A DNA stretch of 63,712 nt, counting the filler, from Lama guanicoe (taxonomy: Eukaryota): NCBI GenBank assembly GCA_013239625.1. It is 191 parts of 191 records of this genome, joined end to end, with 100 filler letters (N's around TTAATTAATTAA, not from the genome) between each part and the next. Parts side by side here need not be neighbours in the genome. Positions count along the whole stretch, not along the records: positions 24,049 to 24,282 come from PNXV01044866.1; positions 24,383 to 24,616 come from PNXV01044867.1; positions 24,717 to 24,950 come from PNXV01044868.1; positions 25,051 to 25,284 come from PNXV01044869.1; positions 25,385 to 25,618 come from PNXV01044870.1; positions 25,719 to 25,952 come from PNXV01044871.1; positions 26,053 to 26,286 come from PNXV01044872.1; positions 26,387 to 26,620 come from PNXV01044873.1; 183 more parts are not named here. One strand, written 5' to 3'. The translations under genes were made by a program, and so were the position numbers. The notes under the pieces were generated by a model. It saw nothing but the letters and a program-made list of their open reading frames with translations. It made no database searches and was not told where the DNA came from. Shown in pieces: positions 23,949-37,306 of the stretch (the first letter of the stretch is position 1; the number at the start of each line of letters is the position of its first letter).

Positions 23949-25789
23949 NNNNNNNNNNNNNNNNNNNNNNNNNNNNNNNNNNNNNNNNNNNNTTAATTAA
24001 TTAANNNNNNNNNNNNNNNNNNNNNNNNNNNNNNNNNNNNNNNNNNNNTGTCTATCCTTACACTGTGTAAACAAGTGCCTTCAACACCGTGATGGCACTT
24101 GGCATGCTGGCTTCTACCCTCACCTCCCTTCCCGAAGAAGTTTATTGCTGTTGGTACAGGTGAATGACCTTGTGGGAGCTGGTGCTATTGGCTTGAGGTC
24201 TGCCCTGTGACTGTGCTCTGACCCTTTGGCCTGGAGCAGTGGTGGCAAACCCAGAACCTCATCCCTGGCCAGGTGAGAGGCCNNNNNNNNNNNNNNNNNN
24301 NNNNNNNNNNNNNNNNNNNNNNNNNNTTAATTAATTAANNNNNNNNNNNNNNNNNNNNNNNNNNNNNNNNNNNNNNNNNNNNACACACACACACACATAC
24401 ACACACGCATGCACCCCACTTCACTCAAAATCAAAAGCCAAACTTCATCTTTAACTTCTGTCTGATAACTGCCTAAAGATAAGTCTCCATTTACCTGGAG
24501 ATCATTTCAAAACTCCCCTTCTGACATAGTGAGAGTCTCCATTAGAAACTCTGCTGGTTTATTCCTGCACAATTTCTCTTTTAACTCATTAACACTGAGG
24601 ACACACCGTCCACATCNNNNNNNNNNNNNNNNNNNNNNNNNNNNNNNNNNNNNNNNNNNNTTAATTAATTAANNNNNNNNNNNNNNNNNNNNNNNNNNNN
24701 NNNNNNNNNNNNNNNNAAGTAATGGTTACTGCTGCATAGCTTTGAGCATTTACTCAATGATATATACTGGAAATTTTAACACATAATGCTTAAAACAACC
24801 ACGTGAAATCATTTTACTCCTGACTCTGGTTGACATTTACCCAGCGGCATCCAGGCAGAGCCATCACTGAACTCAGGCCTGTCTGCTTCTCAGTCCTGCT
24901 TTCTATCCACTCTGCTCCTTTGCTCTCCCACACCACACATGAAATGTCTTNNNNNNNNNNNNNNNNNNNNNNNNNNNNNNNNNNNNNNNNNNNNTTAATT
25001 AATTAANNNNNNNNNNNNNNNNNNNNNNNNNNNNNNNNNNNNNNNNNNNNTGGCACGTCCTCAGTCACGCTCAGCTTCAACTCCCTTTTCCCTCACACGA
25101 GTTATTGTGAAGATCAAGAAAATAACGGACAGCAATCCTTCAGCAGTGAATGAGCTTGCATTAGTGATGACTGGTATGTGTGCACAACATAGTCACAAGC
25201 GAGAGTTAAGCCTATGCTCTGCCCCGAGAAAGCAGGCAGGTATAGCAAATATTTTAGGGAGAAGTATTTGGAAACATACTTAATNNNNNNNNNNNNNNNN
25301 NNNNNNNNNNNNNNNNNNNNNNNNNNNNTTAATTAATTAANNNNNNNNNNNNNNNNNNNNNNNNNNNNNNNNNNNNNNNNNNNNAAATTTCTCTTTGTGT
25401 CTTTGAATATGAGTACATTCAAAATTAAGCAAAGTGTTACTTTCCCACTGCAAGCTAGGCTAAACAGATTACGTGTTCCTCTTTGAAACTTTAAATATAT
25501 AAAAGGTTTGAAAAGTCTCCGAAAAGGGTGCAAAAGAGTGTTTGTCTTGTTTGTATGTTTTATTATTTAAAGGAAAGGTATATGTCAAAAGAAAAAGAAG
25601 ATACAAGGCAGTACAGAANNNNNNNNNNNNNNNNNNNNNNNNNNNNNNNNNNNNNNNNNNNNTTAATTAATTAANNNNNNNNNNNNNNNNNNNNNNNNNN
25701 NNNNNNNNNNNNNNNNNNGTCATCTAGGCTTAGAATTATAAGAAATCTCAAATTTAAAATATCCAAGTCAGAATTCTTGATACATCTCC

Positions 25790-25952
25790 TGTATTACTCT
25801 ACTCAGGCTGCAATAACAAAATACCATGGGCGGCGTGCCCTCCATAACAGACATTTATTTTCTCAAATTTCTGAAGACTGGAGGTCCAAGTTCAAGGCAC
25901 CAGTAGGTTAGGTATCTTGTGAGGATTCTTCCCTGGGGGTGCAGATGGCTGC
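25790..25952 (-). mobile_element. MLT1A-type LTR
   Basis: tgtatta..ctcaggctgcaataacaaaataccat..aacagacatttattttctca..gtccaag.tcaaggcacc. Confidence 0.85.
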
Positions 25953-27388
25953 NNNNNNNNNNNNNNNNNNNNNNNNNNNNNNNNNNNNNNNNNNNNTTAA
26001 TTAATTAANNNNNNNNNNNNNNNNNNNNNNNNNNNNNNNNNNNNNNNNNNNNGAGAGGGGAGAACCTAAGTTACTGAGACATAAGACAAGCAACACAGCC
26101 GGAGGGTAAACCTTTAAGCAATCTTGGAAACATTAACAAAACTGAGAATTCTCTTTCAAGGTGACAGAGAAATGAAGTGGACACAACGCCGACTCGGAGT
26201 GACAAGGGGGACCCGCCAGAAATCGGGCAGAAATTAGAAATGACCGTTCATTGTATTTTGAACAGTTTCACGCCAGAATAAATTTGNNNNNNNNNNNNNN
26301 NNNNNNNNNNNNNNNNNNNNNNNNNNNNNNTTAATTAATTAANNNNNNNNNNNNNNNNNNNNNNNNNNNNNNNNNNNNNNNNNNNNGTAAGTAAACATGA
26401 AAACACCCACCAGGTTAATAGTTACAGTGAAAAATGGACAAGGGAGGGGAGAGAACCCCCTCCCAGGGTACCATCGTGCTGCCGCTGTGATGCGGGAAGG
26501 ATGCTGCCATTGGTTTATGTGCTTCCTATTAGCACGACCGCCTAATTGTCTTTTTCCCCTCTCAGCAGCATATACATATGAGGAAGGGATTTCACTTTCC
26601 ATACCACTTACTCATCATTCNNNNNNNNNNNNNNNNNNNNNNNNNNNNNNNNNNNNNNNNNNNNTTAATTAATTAANNNNNNNNNNNNNNNNNNNNNNNN
26701 NNNNNNNNNNNNNNNNNNNNCAGGGTTTAAGATTTGTCAAAGGGCCTGGGTGAAATGCCAGGATGTTACAATTTCAGATACTCAGCTACTTTGAAGAGAC
26801 GTGTCTTCAAGGTTTTCCTCATCTCGGAGCTGCAAATAGAAGCTGGCCTTAATTCACAATCAGTAAGGAATCGCTGGAATATTTTTTTAAGGTGTAAAGA
26901 AAGGCGTGGCTTCTGCTTTTAACTTAAACTCAGCTTTTTAAACCAGGTTCTTCCNNNNNNNNNNNNNNNNNNNNNNNNNNNNNNNNNNNNNNNNNNNNTT
27001 AATTAATTAANNNNNNNNNNNNNNNNNNNNNNNNNNNNNNNNNNNNNNNNNNNNCATCTCACTAAAGGCAGGAAAACACAGAGAGACTATGGGGAGAGGG
27101 AGGGGAGATGGTGCTGAGAGGCCAGGGGAGCAGGAGGGCAGCTGTAGAGGGGCTGCCAGGTGGGAGGTGAACGTGGAGAAGAGGGGACAGTTGCTCTGGC
27201 CCAAGGAACACTTGCCAGCCAAATGCGTGACGTGGCCCTGTGGCATTTGGACAGGCCGGGGTGGGTCAGGGCTGAAAATGGGCCACAGNNNNNNNNNNNN
27301 NNNNNNNNNNNNNNNNNNNNNNNNNNNNNNNNTTAATTAATTAANNNNNNNNNNNNNNNNNNNNNNNNNNNNNNNNNNNNNNNNNNNN

Positions 27389-27620
27389 CAAATCTCAAAC
27401 TCCTAAATTTATCCCTTCCCACTCCCTTTCCCCTGGTAACCATAAGACTGTTTACTATGTCTGCTAGTCTGTTTCTGTTTTTTTTGTTTGTTTGTTTGTT
27501 TCTGTTTTGTAGATGAGCTTATTAGTGTCTTCTTTTTTCCTTTTTTTAGGTTCCACATATGAGTGATACATGGATTTTTCTTTCTCTTTCTGGCTTACTT
27601 CACTTAGAATGACAATCTCC
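27389..27620 (-). mobile_element. Young lineage L1 3' UTR
   Basis: caaatctcaaactcc..atcccttccc..ctggtaaccataag..ttccacatatgagtgat..ttacttcacttagaatgac; same family at 46423 and 60799. Confidence 0.9.
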
Positions 27621-28072
27621 NNNNNNNNNNNNNNNNNNNNNNNNNNNNNNNNNNNNNNNNNNNNTTAATTAATTAANNNNNNNNNNNNNNNNNNNNNNNN
27701 NNNNNNNNNNNNNNNNNNNNATATTTAAGTGAATTATAAATTTGGTGCATTGTTCAGGGTGACTCCCAATCCCTGTTGGCCTGACCAAGTCCTGAACTTT
27801 ATTTTACGTAGTGTGTTTCCCATAGAATTGCTGTGGGCTCCGCTCCCCTTCCCTTCATTGCTGTTTCCATTCAACATGTCACAGGATCTATTTCTGGTTG
27901 GTGCGCCCCTCGCAGCAGACCTTGAGGAGAATTTAGGGCAAGTAGTCATCTTTGNNNNNNNNNNNNNNNNNNNNNNNNNNNNNNNNNNNNNNNNNNNNTT
28001 AATTAATTAANNNNNNNNNNNNNNNNNNNNNNNNNNNNNNNNNNNNNNNNNNNNTTGGTTCCTCACTGGCTG

Positions 28073-28208
28073 TTTCCCCTGATTAAAGTGCAGCTCCACG
28101 AGGACAGGGAGCCTGAGGATTTTGTCACTACTGTATCTCAATTCTTAGAACACCGCCTGGCACAAAGAAGGCGCTCAATGAGTACTTGTGGAATGAGTAA
28201 GAGAATGA
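28073..28208 (+). mobile_element. L2a 3' end
   Basis: agctccacgaggacaggga..cactactgtatc..tagaacaccgcctggcac..gcgctcaatgagtacttgtggaatga. Confidence 0.88.
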
Positions 28209-28722
28209 CTGGTGATTCCTAGTCTTTCCTTCCCACCACTTCCAGAGGTGTGATGATACAGTCTACCAACGCTAATCAGAATATTCCANNNNNNNNNNNN
28301 NNNNNNNNNNNNNNNNNNNNNNNNNNNNNNNNTTAATTAATTAANNNNNNNNNNNNNNNNNNNNNNNNNNNNNNNNNNNNNNNNNNNNCTACGGTATTTT
28401 GTATAAAGTGGCAACTGTGAGTAGTTTTTACCATCATAGAAATTACTGAAAAATCCATAACTTTTCAAAACAGCCATATCAACACCACGGCAGAGAAGTT
28501 GATAAGACAGACATCACACCTTGCTATAGAACCCAAGACTCACCCAGACCAAGGTCATCCAGAGTTGTGATGCTGATCACCCTTGTAGGACTCCACTTGT
28601 TATTAAGAGGCACTGTGGGATGNNNNNNNNNNNNNNNNNNNNNNNNNNNNNNNNNNNNNNNNNNNNTTAATTAATTAANNNNNNNNNNNNNNNNNNNNNN
28701 NNNNNNNNNNNNNNNNNNNNNN

Positions 28723-28956
28723 AATACAGTGATTCAAAATCTTTAACAGTTATGCTCCATCTATAATTATTATACAATAGTGACTGTATTCCCTTGAACA
28801 ATATCTTTGTAGCTAATTTTATACACAGTAATTTGTATTCAACTCTTAATCCATTACCCCGTGATGCTCCCCACTTCCATCTCCCCTGTAACCACAAGTT
28901 TGTTCTCTATTATCTGTGAATCTGTTTCTTTTTTGTTATATTCACTAGTTTATTTT
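28723..28956 (-). mobile_element. Artiodactyl L1 3' UTR
   Basis: tacagtgattca..gctccat.tataattatta..gtaaccac.agtttgttctctat..ctgtgaatctgtttct. Confidence 0.85.
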
Positions 28957-29118
28957 NNNNNNNNNNNNNNNNNNNNNNNNNNNNNNNNNNNNNNNNNNNN
29001 TTAATTAATTAANNNNNNNNNNNNNNNNNNNNNNNNNNNNNNNNNNNNNNNNNNNNTTTTTTTTTAATAAAAGCGCCTATATGTGCCAGGTTCTGAGAAA
29101 TACACTGGTAATATATTG

Positions 29119-29290
29119 GTGTTAAGGTCCAAATTATGTCCCTCCTTTCAAGAAATCCGAATCACCAGTACCTTAGTATGTGACTGTATTTTGGAGATAT
29201 GGTCTTTAAAGCAGTAATGAAGTTAACAGGTAATCTTTAAAATGGGTCCTAATCCAATGTGACTGATGTCCTTATAAAAAGAGGAGATTA
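29119..29290 (+). mobile_element. MLT1B-type LTR 5' part
   Basis: ccagtacct..tgtgactgtatt.tggagata.ggtctttaaag..cctaatccaat.tgactgatgtccttataaaaagagga. Confidence 0.88.
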
Positions 29291-29392
29291 NNNNNNNNNN
29301 NNNNNNNNNNNNNNNNNNNNNNNNNNNNNNNNNNTTAATTAATTAANNNNNNNNNNNNNNNNNNNNNNNNNNNNNNNNNNNNNNNNNNNNGA

Positions 29393-29548
<156 letters not shown>

Positions 29549-29724
29549 TCACAGCCAGTGCTGCACCATGAACTCCTGCAAGGCAACAGGCTCCGGTCAG
29601 CTGGGCCTCTGCCCCCAGAGCCCTNNNNNNNNNNNNNNNNNNNNNNNNNNNNNNNNNNNNNNNNNNNNTTAATTAATTAANNNNNNNNNNNNNNNNNNNN
29701 NNNNNNNNNNNNNNNNNNNNNNNN

Positions 29725-29958
29725 TTAGAGTTTAACTGTATTACCCAGTTCAGCAGTATGACTTAAGAGAAACCTGTACTTGTCAAAAAGTTCTTTTTAT
29801 GAATCTTATTGAAGATGAAGTACTTTTGCGTAGCACCAGCTTAACTGTCTATGAATGACAAATGACTGAAAATGCCAAGGTTAACGATCTGGTTACAACA
29901 TTTTTGATGAAGAAGCTCAATCATGTTGCTGTGGCATATGACATATTAAGATAACTAG
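29725..29958. mobile_element. Probable ERV1 (MER4-group) internal non-coding fragment
   Basis: Recalled similarity only. Confidence 0.35.
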
Positions 29959-30392
29959 NNNNNNNNNNNNNNNNNNNNNNNNNNNNNNNNNNNNNNNNNN
30001 NNTTAATTAATTAANNNNNNNNNNNNNNNNNNNNNNNNNNNNNNNNNNNNNNNNNNNNGCAACAGAGTGAAAGATAACAAAATATACTTTAACATATTCA
30101 TAATGATACTAAAAACACAGTCACACATTGTTTTACCTTTGGAGGATTCCCAGGGCATCAACTATTCTGAAACCTGGTGAAGGGAAAAAATTTTGTATGT
30201 ATCATATCTATTGTGTAGGACTAGTACCTTCTACTTTGAGTAACCAAATAGTCGAGAAAGGGAAGTCTGTCTGTATGGAAGTATTCCAGCTANNNNNNNN
30301 NNNNNNNNNNNNNNNNNNNNNNNNNNNNNNNNNNNNTTAATTAATTAANNNNNNNNNNNNNNNNNNNNNNNNNNNNNNNNNNNNNNNNNNNN

Positions 30393-30626
30393 AGTGGCCT
30401 CATTAAGCACAAGAAGGCTGTGATGTGCCTTCCAGAGAAAACGTGTGTGTTAGAGAAGCTTTGTTCAGACGTGAGTTACGGTGCTGTTGGCCATAATGCT
30501 AATGAATCAACAATATATGTTAAATAAGGTGTCCTTAAACAGCAACACACACAAAACAAGGTGATGTATTAATCAGTTGATGAAAATGTGACCAGCAGAT
30601 CCCAGGAACCTAATTATATTTCCCCT
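30393..30626 (+). mobile_element. MER44/Tigger7 DNA transposon fragment
   Basis: aagcacaagaaggctgtgatgtgcctt..gagaaaa..aatgaatcaacaatatat..aaataaggtgtc..caggaacctaa. Confidence 0.92.
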
Positions 30627-33600
30627 NNNNNNNNNNNNNNNNNNNNNNNNNNNNNNNNNNNNNNNNNNNNTTAATTAATTAANNNNNNNNNNNNNNNNNN
30701 NNNNNNNNNNNNNNNNNNNNNNNNNNCTTTATCACTATTGTCTTATCCATTAATATAGAGCTAAGATTAAAGTTATTGACAAGAGGGACATTAGTACTTA
30801 AAAATAGCTCAGTATAATTGTAAGAAATATTGATGTCAGTATTTAAAAGGCTGAGTCTTAACTCCATTAACAAAATGAGTCTTTGCTCTGGGAAAAATAA
30901 TTGGTTAACTTTAAGTAATCAGTGAGTGAAACACAATTAGAAAACTTGGGAGGAAAATAANNNNNNNNNNNNNNNNNNNNNNNNNNNNNNNNNNNNNNNN
31001 NNNNTTAATTAATTAANNNNNNNNNNNNNNNNNNNNNNNNNNNNNNNNNNNNNNNNNNNNCAGAATTCTGAAAAACAAGGGAATTTTTTCCAATGTATGT
31101 AACTTTTTAATCATAAGGCAAATTATATTTTGGAAACTAATTATATAAATATATAAAACAAACCATAAAAACAAAAAAGAAGACGCTTGTCTGAAACTTG
31201 TAACTGGACAACTATGTGTTAATGTGTGCTAATGGACAATTTAGGGATAGGATAAATCAAATATTGGTAATGATTCTGAATGAAATCTAAAGTANNNNNN
31301 NNNNNNNNNNNNNNNNNNNNNNNNNNNNNNNNNNNNNNTTAATTAATTAANNNNNNNNNNNNNNNNNNNNNNNNNNNNNNNNNNNNNNNNNNNNAGCTGA
31401 AAACAACTCACCTAACTAGTAGGTTTGGTTATTACTGAACAACCACTAAAAACTGGAGTCTTGAGGAGCAAAGAATGTGTAAAAATAGCAATTAATACAT
31501 TATGAAGTAAAAACATTTGATTGGAAAACAAAACACAAAATGTGGCATAAATTGTGGATTTTAAAAAAGATACACAAAAAGAAAAAATATTGAAAGGAAA
31601 TACAACAAAAAATTATCTTTGACTTGCTNNNNNNNNNNNNNNNNNNNNNNNNNNNNNNNNNNNNNNNNNNNNTTAATTAATTAANNNNNNNNNNNNNNNN
31701 NNNNNNNNNNNNNNNNNNNNNNNNNNNNTAATGGCAGAAATATTTGTGACAAGCTTGCTGTTTTTGTCCTGATGTACCATTATTTTTTTGCACTTTCTTA
31801 AGAAAACAGGGGAGTAGGAATTGTCAACATGTAACATTTTTTTTCTGACATGAGCTCCCCAGGGAAATGCGATTCTCCGGCGAACCCAGATGCTAAAGGA
31901 AACGGAACATATTTGGTGTGGAGAATTGGCCCCTCTAAGGTTCCTGTGGGTAAAATGCTTGTNNNNNNNNNNNNNNNNNNNNNNNNNNNNNNNNNNNNNN
32001 NNNNNNTTAATTAATTAANNNNNNNNNNNNNNNNNNNNNNNNNNNNNNNNNNNNNNNNNNNNAGAAACAGCATTCTACAAATTGTCCAATTTAAAAAGCA
32101 ACTATACTTCAATGTCTATCAAAGATCAAGAGATTGTTTTTATTATTTTATATAAATTGTGAGAAGCTCCCTAAATTCCACAATATAACTGGAAACTTAG
32201 ATTACCTTCCCACATTCTCTATGTGTACTGAATTTTCTCTTTTTATATTAAAACTCCTAGGAAGCCATAAGTGAGCTTGTGAACACATATATCCTCNNNN
32301 NNNNNNNNNNNNNNNNNNNNNNNNNNNNNNNNNNNNNNNNTTAATTAATTAANNNNNNNNNNNNNNNNNNNNNNNNNNNNNNNNNNNNNNNNNNNNCTAT
32401 GTCACTCCCCCCGCTCTGTGACATAAAGTGAGATAGGAGATATGGTCGCATTTTACATATATGGAAACCAAGGTGCAGAGAGGTGAGTAACCTGCTATAT
32501 TAGACAGGCAGGCAGGGCCCAACCAGAAAGCACAATCAGTAGAGGACATACACATATGGAATTTATGCATTTATATACTATACATATGTACACACGTGTA
32601 TGTATACGTATGCATGTGCATATATATATANNNNNNNNNNNNNNNNNNNNNNNNNNNNNNNNNNNNNNNNNNNNTTAATTAATTAANNNNNNNNNNNNNN
32701 NNNNNNNNNNNNNNNNNNNNNNNNNNNNNNCTGCTGTTCAGACCCTTGTCAAACTCCACGTACTCAAAGTTGAATCTATCTATGATTCATGTTCCACACT
32801 CGCCCACTAGTGCGTCTTAAAGTTCCCTTCCTACAGGTGGATTTGGTGACACCTCACAGCACACAGGACACAATGGCCCCTTGACAATGATAAATAAGGG
32901 ATGACTTCTTCATTCCTTCCTTTATCCATATAATTAAAGGTACTTTTCCAATCACTGAAAACCTNNNNNNNNNNNNNNNNNNNNNNNNNNNNNNNNNNNN
33001 NNNNNNNNTTAATTAATTAANNNNNNNNNNNNNNNNNNNNNNNNNNNNNNNNNNNNNNNNNNNNTATCATTTGAGAAAGTCAGCTCAGCGTTGACTCCCA
33101 ACTGCTTTCAAATTACACCTCTGCCGACAACATTAAGCTCTGAGCAGATTTTTAAAAATAAAAATAAAGAGGAGGGTGACCACCAGGCAAACTGAGTCGA
33201 GCCCTTTCTAAGCAGCCTAGTCCAGCAGACAAGCACCGTCCTCTCCGCAGAGCCCCTCCTCTCCCCGCCTCAGCCGGATCGGGCTGCCTGTGGCTCCTNN
33301 NNNNNNNNNNNNNNNNNNNNNNNNNNNNNNNNNNNNNNNNNNTTAATTAATTAANNNNNNNNNNNNNNNNNNNNNNNNNNNNNNNNNNNNNNNNNNNNCC
33401 TTTAGAAGGAATTTAGCATGGCTTTCCCCTTTTTAAAGCTCTATCAGTCCAATATCTTATATTTTCTAGCAACACTACTCAATAATACCAATTTATAAAA
33501 TTTAGAATATAAGCCTGACATACTTCAGAATATCCTAATCATGTGTTCAATGACATGTATACCTTTAACAAAGGAGGAAAATGTATCTTAGAAAAGATTT

Positions 33601-35204
33601 TGACACCAAAAAGATGAACTATTTTTGATTTTNNNNNNNNNNNNNNNNNNNNNNNNNNNNNNNNNNNNNNNNNNNNTTAATTAATTAANNNNNNNNNNNN
33701 NNNNNNNNNNNNNNNNNNNNNNNNNNNNNNNNAGGCACTGGATTCTCACAAAGGAGGCCCAGGAGAAGGGACTCAAGTTTCCCTCGTGTTTTGAGCTTTG
33801 AAGGACCCGAGGTCTGGGGGAGCTACTAATTAGCCGACTCACCTGCCAGTGAGCAGATGAGGATGGAGGAACCCAGGTAAGTCTGTTCTCACTCCGACCC
33901 CTGGGCTGTCGGGAGCCACGGGAAACGCCTGTGTCCAGGGCACAGCCCAGCCATCACAGATCCCAGNNNNNNNNNNNNNNNNNNNNNNNNNNNNNNNNNN
34001 NNNNNNNNNNTTAATTAATTAANNNNNNNNNNNNNNNNNNNNNNNNNNNNNNNNNNNNNNNNNNNNCTGGGTAAATTCACCAAAGTGATGCAACAGGAGG
34101 AGACCTCTGAATGCTTTCTCTGCCTCATCTCCTAACTCCATCAGCCCCAAACGCACTTGGGGGGATTGGTCCAACCAGATGAAACCAGGGTCTCCATGGC
34201 CCGCTTTCTGAAGCAGAATGACCCCCGAGGGGACCAGTGCATCCGCCCGTCGCTGGGCTCCAAATCCTCACAGTCCTCCTTCCTCTCATCTCAGCATCAC
34301 NNNNNNNNNNNNNNNNNNNNNNNNNNNNNNNNNNNNNNNNNNNNTTAATTAATTAANNNNNNNNNNNNNNNNNNNNNNNNNNNNNNNNNNNNNNNNNNNN
34401 CTGCCTCTGAGCACCAGCTGGGTTGGGACACTGTGTGACATAAGGACAATAAGCAATCCTTCAGGCCAAAGACTCTCCACATAACAAATTAATTCCATGC
34501 AGTAGAGAACTTGGCCACACTCCTGCTTGGGTGTTTGAGATCCAAATTCCTGCCTTGGCACCTCAGAGACAGAGGACGGAGAAATGAGCTCGGGGGCTCT
34601 GGGAAAAGACCTTTAAACCTGTTTTAGAAATCAGNNNNNNNNNNNNNNNNNNNNNNNNNNNNNNNNNNNNNNNNNNNNTTAATTAATTAANNNNNNNNNN
34701 NNNNNNNNNNNNNNNNNNNNNNNNNNNNNNNNNNTTTCCTCAAAGCAATGAAGACATGTCATAATACCAGGAAATGGTAAAAAATACAAAGAAATTAATG
34801 CAGATACACTCAGGTTCTGAATAAGACTGTGTCTTTTAAATGGATTAGCTGGTGGATACACCTAATTAACTCTGTTAGTCTCAGAGAAACCATTTACCAA
34901 CCTTATCAATTTCCCTTTGACAAAGTCCTTTAATATCTATTACTTTGTTTATTTTTACAGCAATCAGANNNNNNNNNNNNNNNNNNNNNNNNNNNNNNNN
35001 NNNNNNNNNNNNTTAATTAATTAANNNNNNNNNNNNNNNNNNNNNNNNNNNNNNNNNNNNNNNNNNNNCTGATGCTTCCTAGCTCTCACCCTTGCTGGGC
35101 TGCTGTTTCCTCACACGCCACGTCACAGATTTGTCGTGTATGTTAAATGACATGAAGGTCGTGCAGTGCTAACTGAATAATAAGTGTTTGTGTATTTCTT
35201 TCAG

Positions 35205-35260
35205 GTAAAAATACGGCAAAGTCACAGGTTTCACAGAGCCCGTATAAAAACACGGACAAG
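35205..35260 (+). CDS. Candidate 56-nt internal exon, gene unidentified
   Basis: Branch TGCTAAC at ~35167-35173, acceptor tatttctttcag, donor AAG|gtcagt; open frame xKNTAKSQVSQSPYKNTDK. Confidence 0.4.
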
Positions 35261-35508
35261 GTCAGTATCTTGACGATAATAAGAAATAGACATCATTCTT
35301 AGNNNNNNNNNNNNNNNNNNNNNNNNNNNNNNNNNNNNNNNNNNNNTTAATTAATTAANNNNNNNNNNNNNNNNNNNNNNNNNNNNNNNNNNNNNNNNNN
35401 NNGCAGATTCTGGACTGAGAGCACAGCCAGGTTATTGGTGGGTGACTGTAGGAAAGACTGTTGTGAAGGTGTGAGGGCTGCGGGATGAGCCAGGAGGAAA
35501 TGAACTGA

Positions 35509-35636
35509 ATACAGTCATTCTATGGTATCTACGGGGTGTTGGTTCCTGGGTCCTGTTTTGATACCAGAATCCTCAGATGCTCATGTCCCTTATATAGAAT
35601 GGCATAGTACAGTTGGCCCTTTGTATCTGTGTGTCC
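35509..35636. mobile_element. MER2/Tigger-type MITE
   Basis: tacagtc..ggtatc..ttggttcc..gataccagaatcc.cagatgctca.gtcccttatatagaatggcatagta. Confidence 0.8.
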
Positions 35637-36070
35637 NNNNNNNNNNNNNNNNNNNNNNNNNNNNNNNNNNNNNNNNNNNNTTAATTAATTAANNNNNNNN
35701 NNNNNNNNNNNNNNNNNNNNNNNNNNNNNNNNNNNNGGTGCCTCTGCTCTACAGAAACTCCCAACTCAGTCCTCACAGATCTGAGGGACACAGGCTAATT
35801 GATCCAGCCCACGGCTCAGTAATCCCCTGCAGGGGTCCCCGGCCCACTGCAGCAGAACATCCTCTGCCTTCTCTGTTCCCCAAGCCCAGTCCCCGCCCTC
35901 AAGCTCCCCCCCCATCGCCCCGCCTCTGTCTGAGGGACACAGCCCCGGGCAGGTCACCACCTCGGGCCATNNNNNNNNNNNNNNNNNNNNNNNNNNNNNN
36001 NNNNNNNNNNNNNNTTAATTAATTAANNNNNNNNNNNNNNNNNNNNNNNNNNNNNNNNNNNNNNNNNNNN

Positions 36071-36304
<234 letters not shown>

Positions 36305-37072
36305 NNNNNNNNNNNNNNNNNNNNNNNNNNNNNNNNNNNNNNNNNNNNTTAATTAATTAANNNNNNNNNNNNNNNNNNNNNNNNNNNNNNNNNNNNNNNN
36401 NNNNTCGAGTACTGGTTGGGGAAAGAGCAGTGCTTTTCTTTAAAAAAAAAAAAAAGTTAAGGGTGTTAGAAAGGCAGGAGCAGAATTTAACAGCAGGAGC
36501 AACAGGAAAGGCTTTATAAAAGACCGTGTGGCCATTGTGGCTGTTCTACAGAAAGGAAGTTCTGATTTGAACAGTCCTGTCTGTGCCTACATCACCAGTA
36601 GCTGCACTGAGAATAAACTATCACCTTAGGAGTTTGGANNNNNNNNNNNNNNNNNNNNNNNNNNNNNNNNNNNNNNNNNNNNTTAATTAATTAANNNNNN
36701 NNNNNNNNNNNNNNNNNNNNNNNNNNNNNNNNNNNNNNGACCTCATTAAAAATCAAAGAAATGCAAATTAAAGTGACAAGAGACCGTTTGTCCCAATACA
36801 CTGGTGATCCTGGGAATAATGCAACAGTCCTTTTAGAGAGCAATTTGGCAATAGCTATTAAAACTGATTCTATTTCTCAGCATCCACTTAAAGAAACACT
36901 TTGAAATGTGCAGGAAGAGGTATGTTCAGAAGTATACACTGAACTATCCTGTATTTCCAGGGGGAAATTTGGNNNNNNNNNNNNNNNNNNNNNNNNNNNN
37001 NNNNNNNNNNNNNNNNTTAATTAATTAANNNNNNNNNNNNNNNNNNNNNNNNNNNNNNNNNNNNNNNNNNNN

Positions 37073-37306
37073 AAAAGAAAATTACAGACCAATATTGTTG
37101 ATGAACATAGACGTAAAAATTTCCAACAAACTATTAGCAAACAGAATCCAACACTACATAAAAAAATCATATATGTTACACTTGTTAACATATATGCACC
37201 CAATGTAGGAGCACCTATGATTAAGTTGGATTCATCCAGGGATACAAGGATGGTTCAACATGTGCAAATCAATCAATGTGATACATCACATCAACAAAAG
37301 GAAGGA
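37073..37306 (+). mobile_element. L1 ORF2 RT region with an internal endonuclease-derived insert
   Basis: [26 protein letters not shown], then [14 protein letters not shown] insert, then QGWFNMCKSINVIHHINK. Confidence 0.92.
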
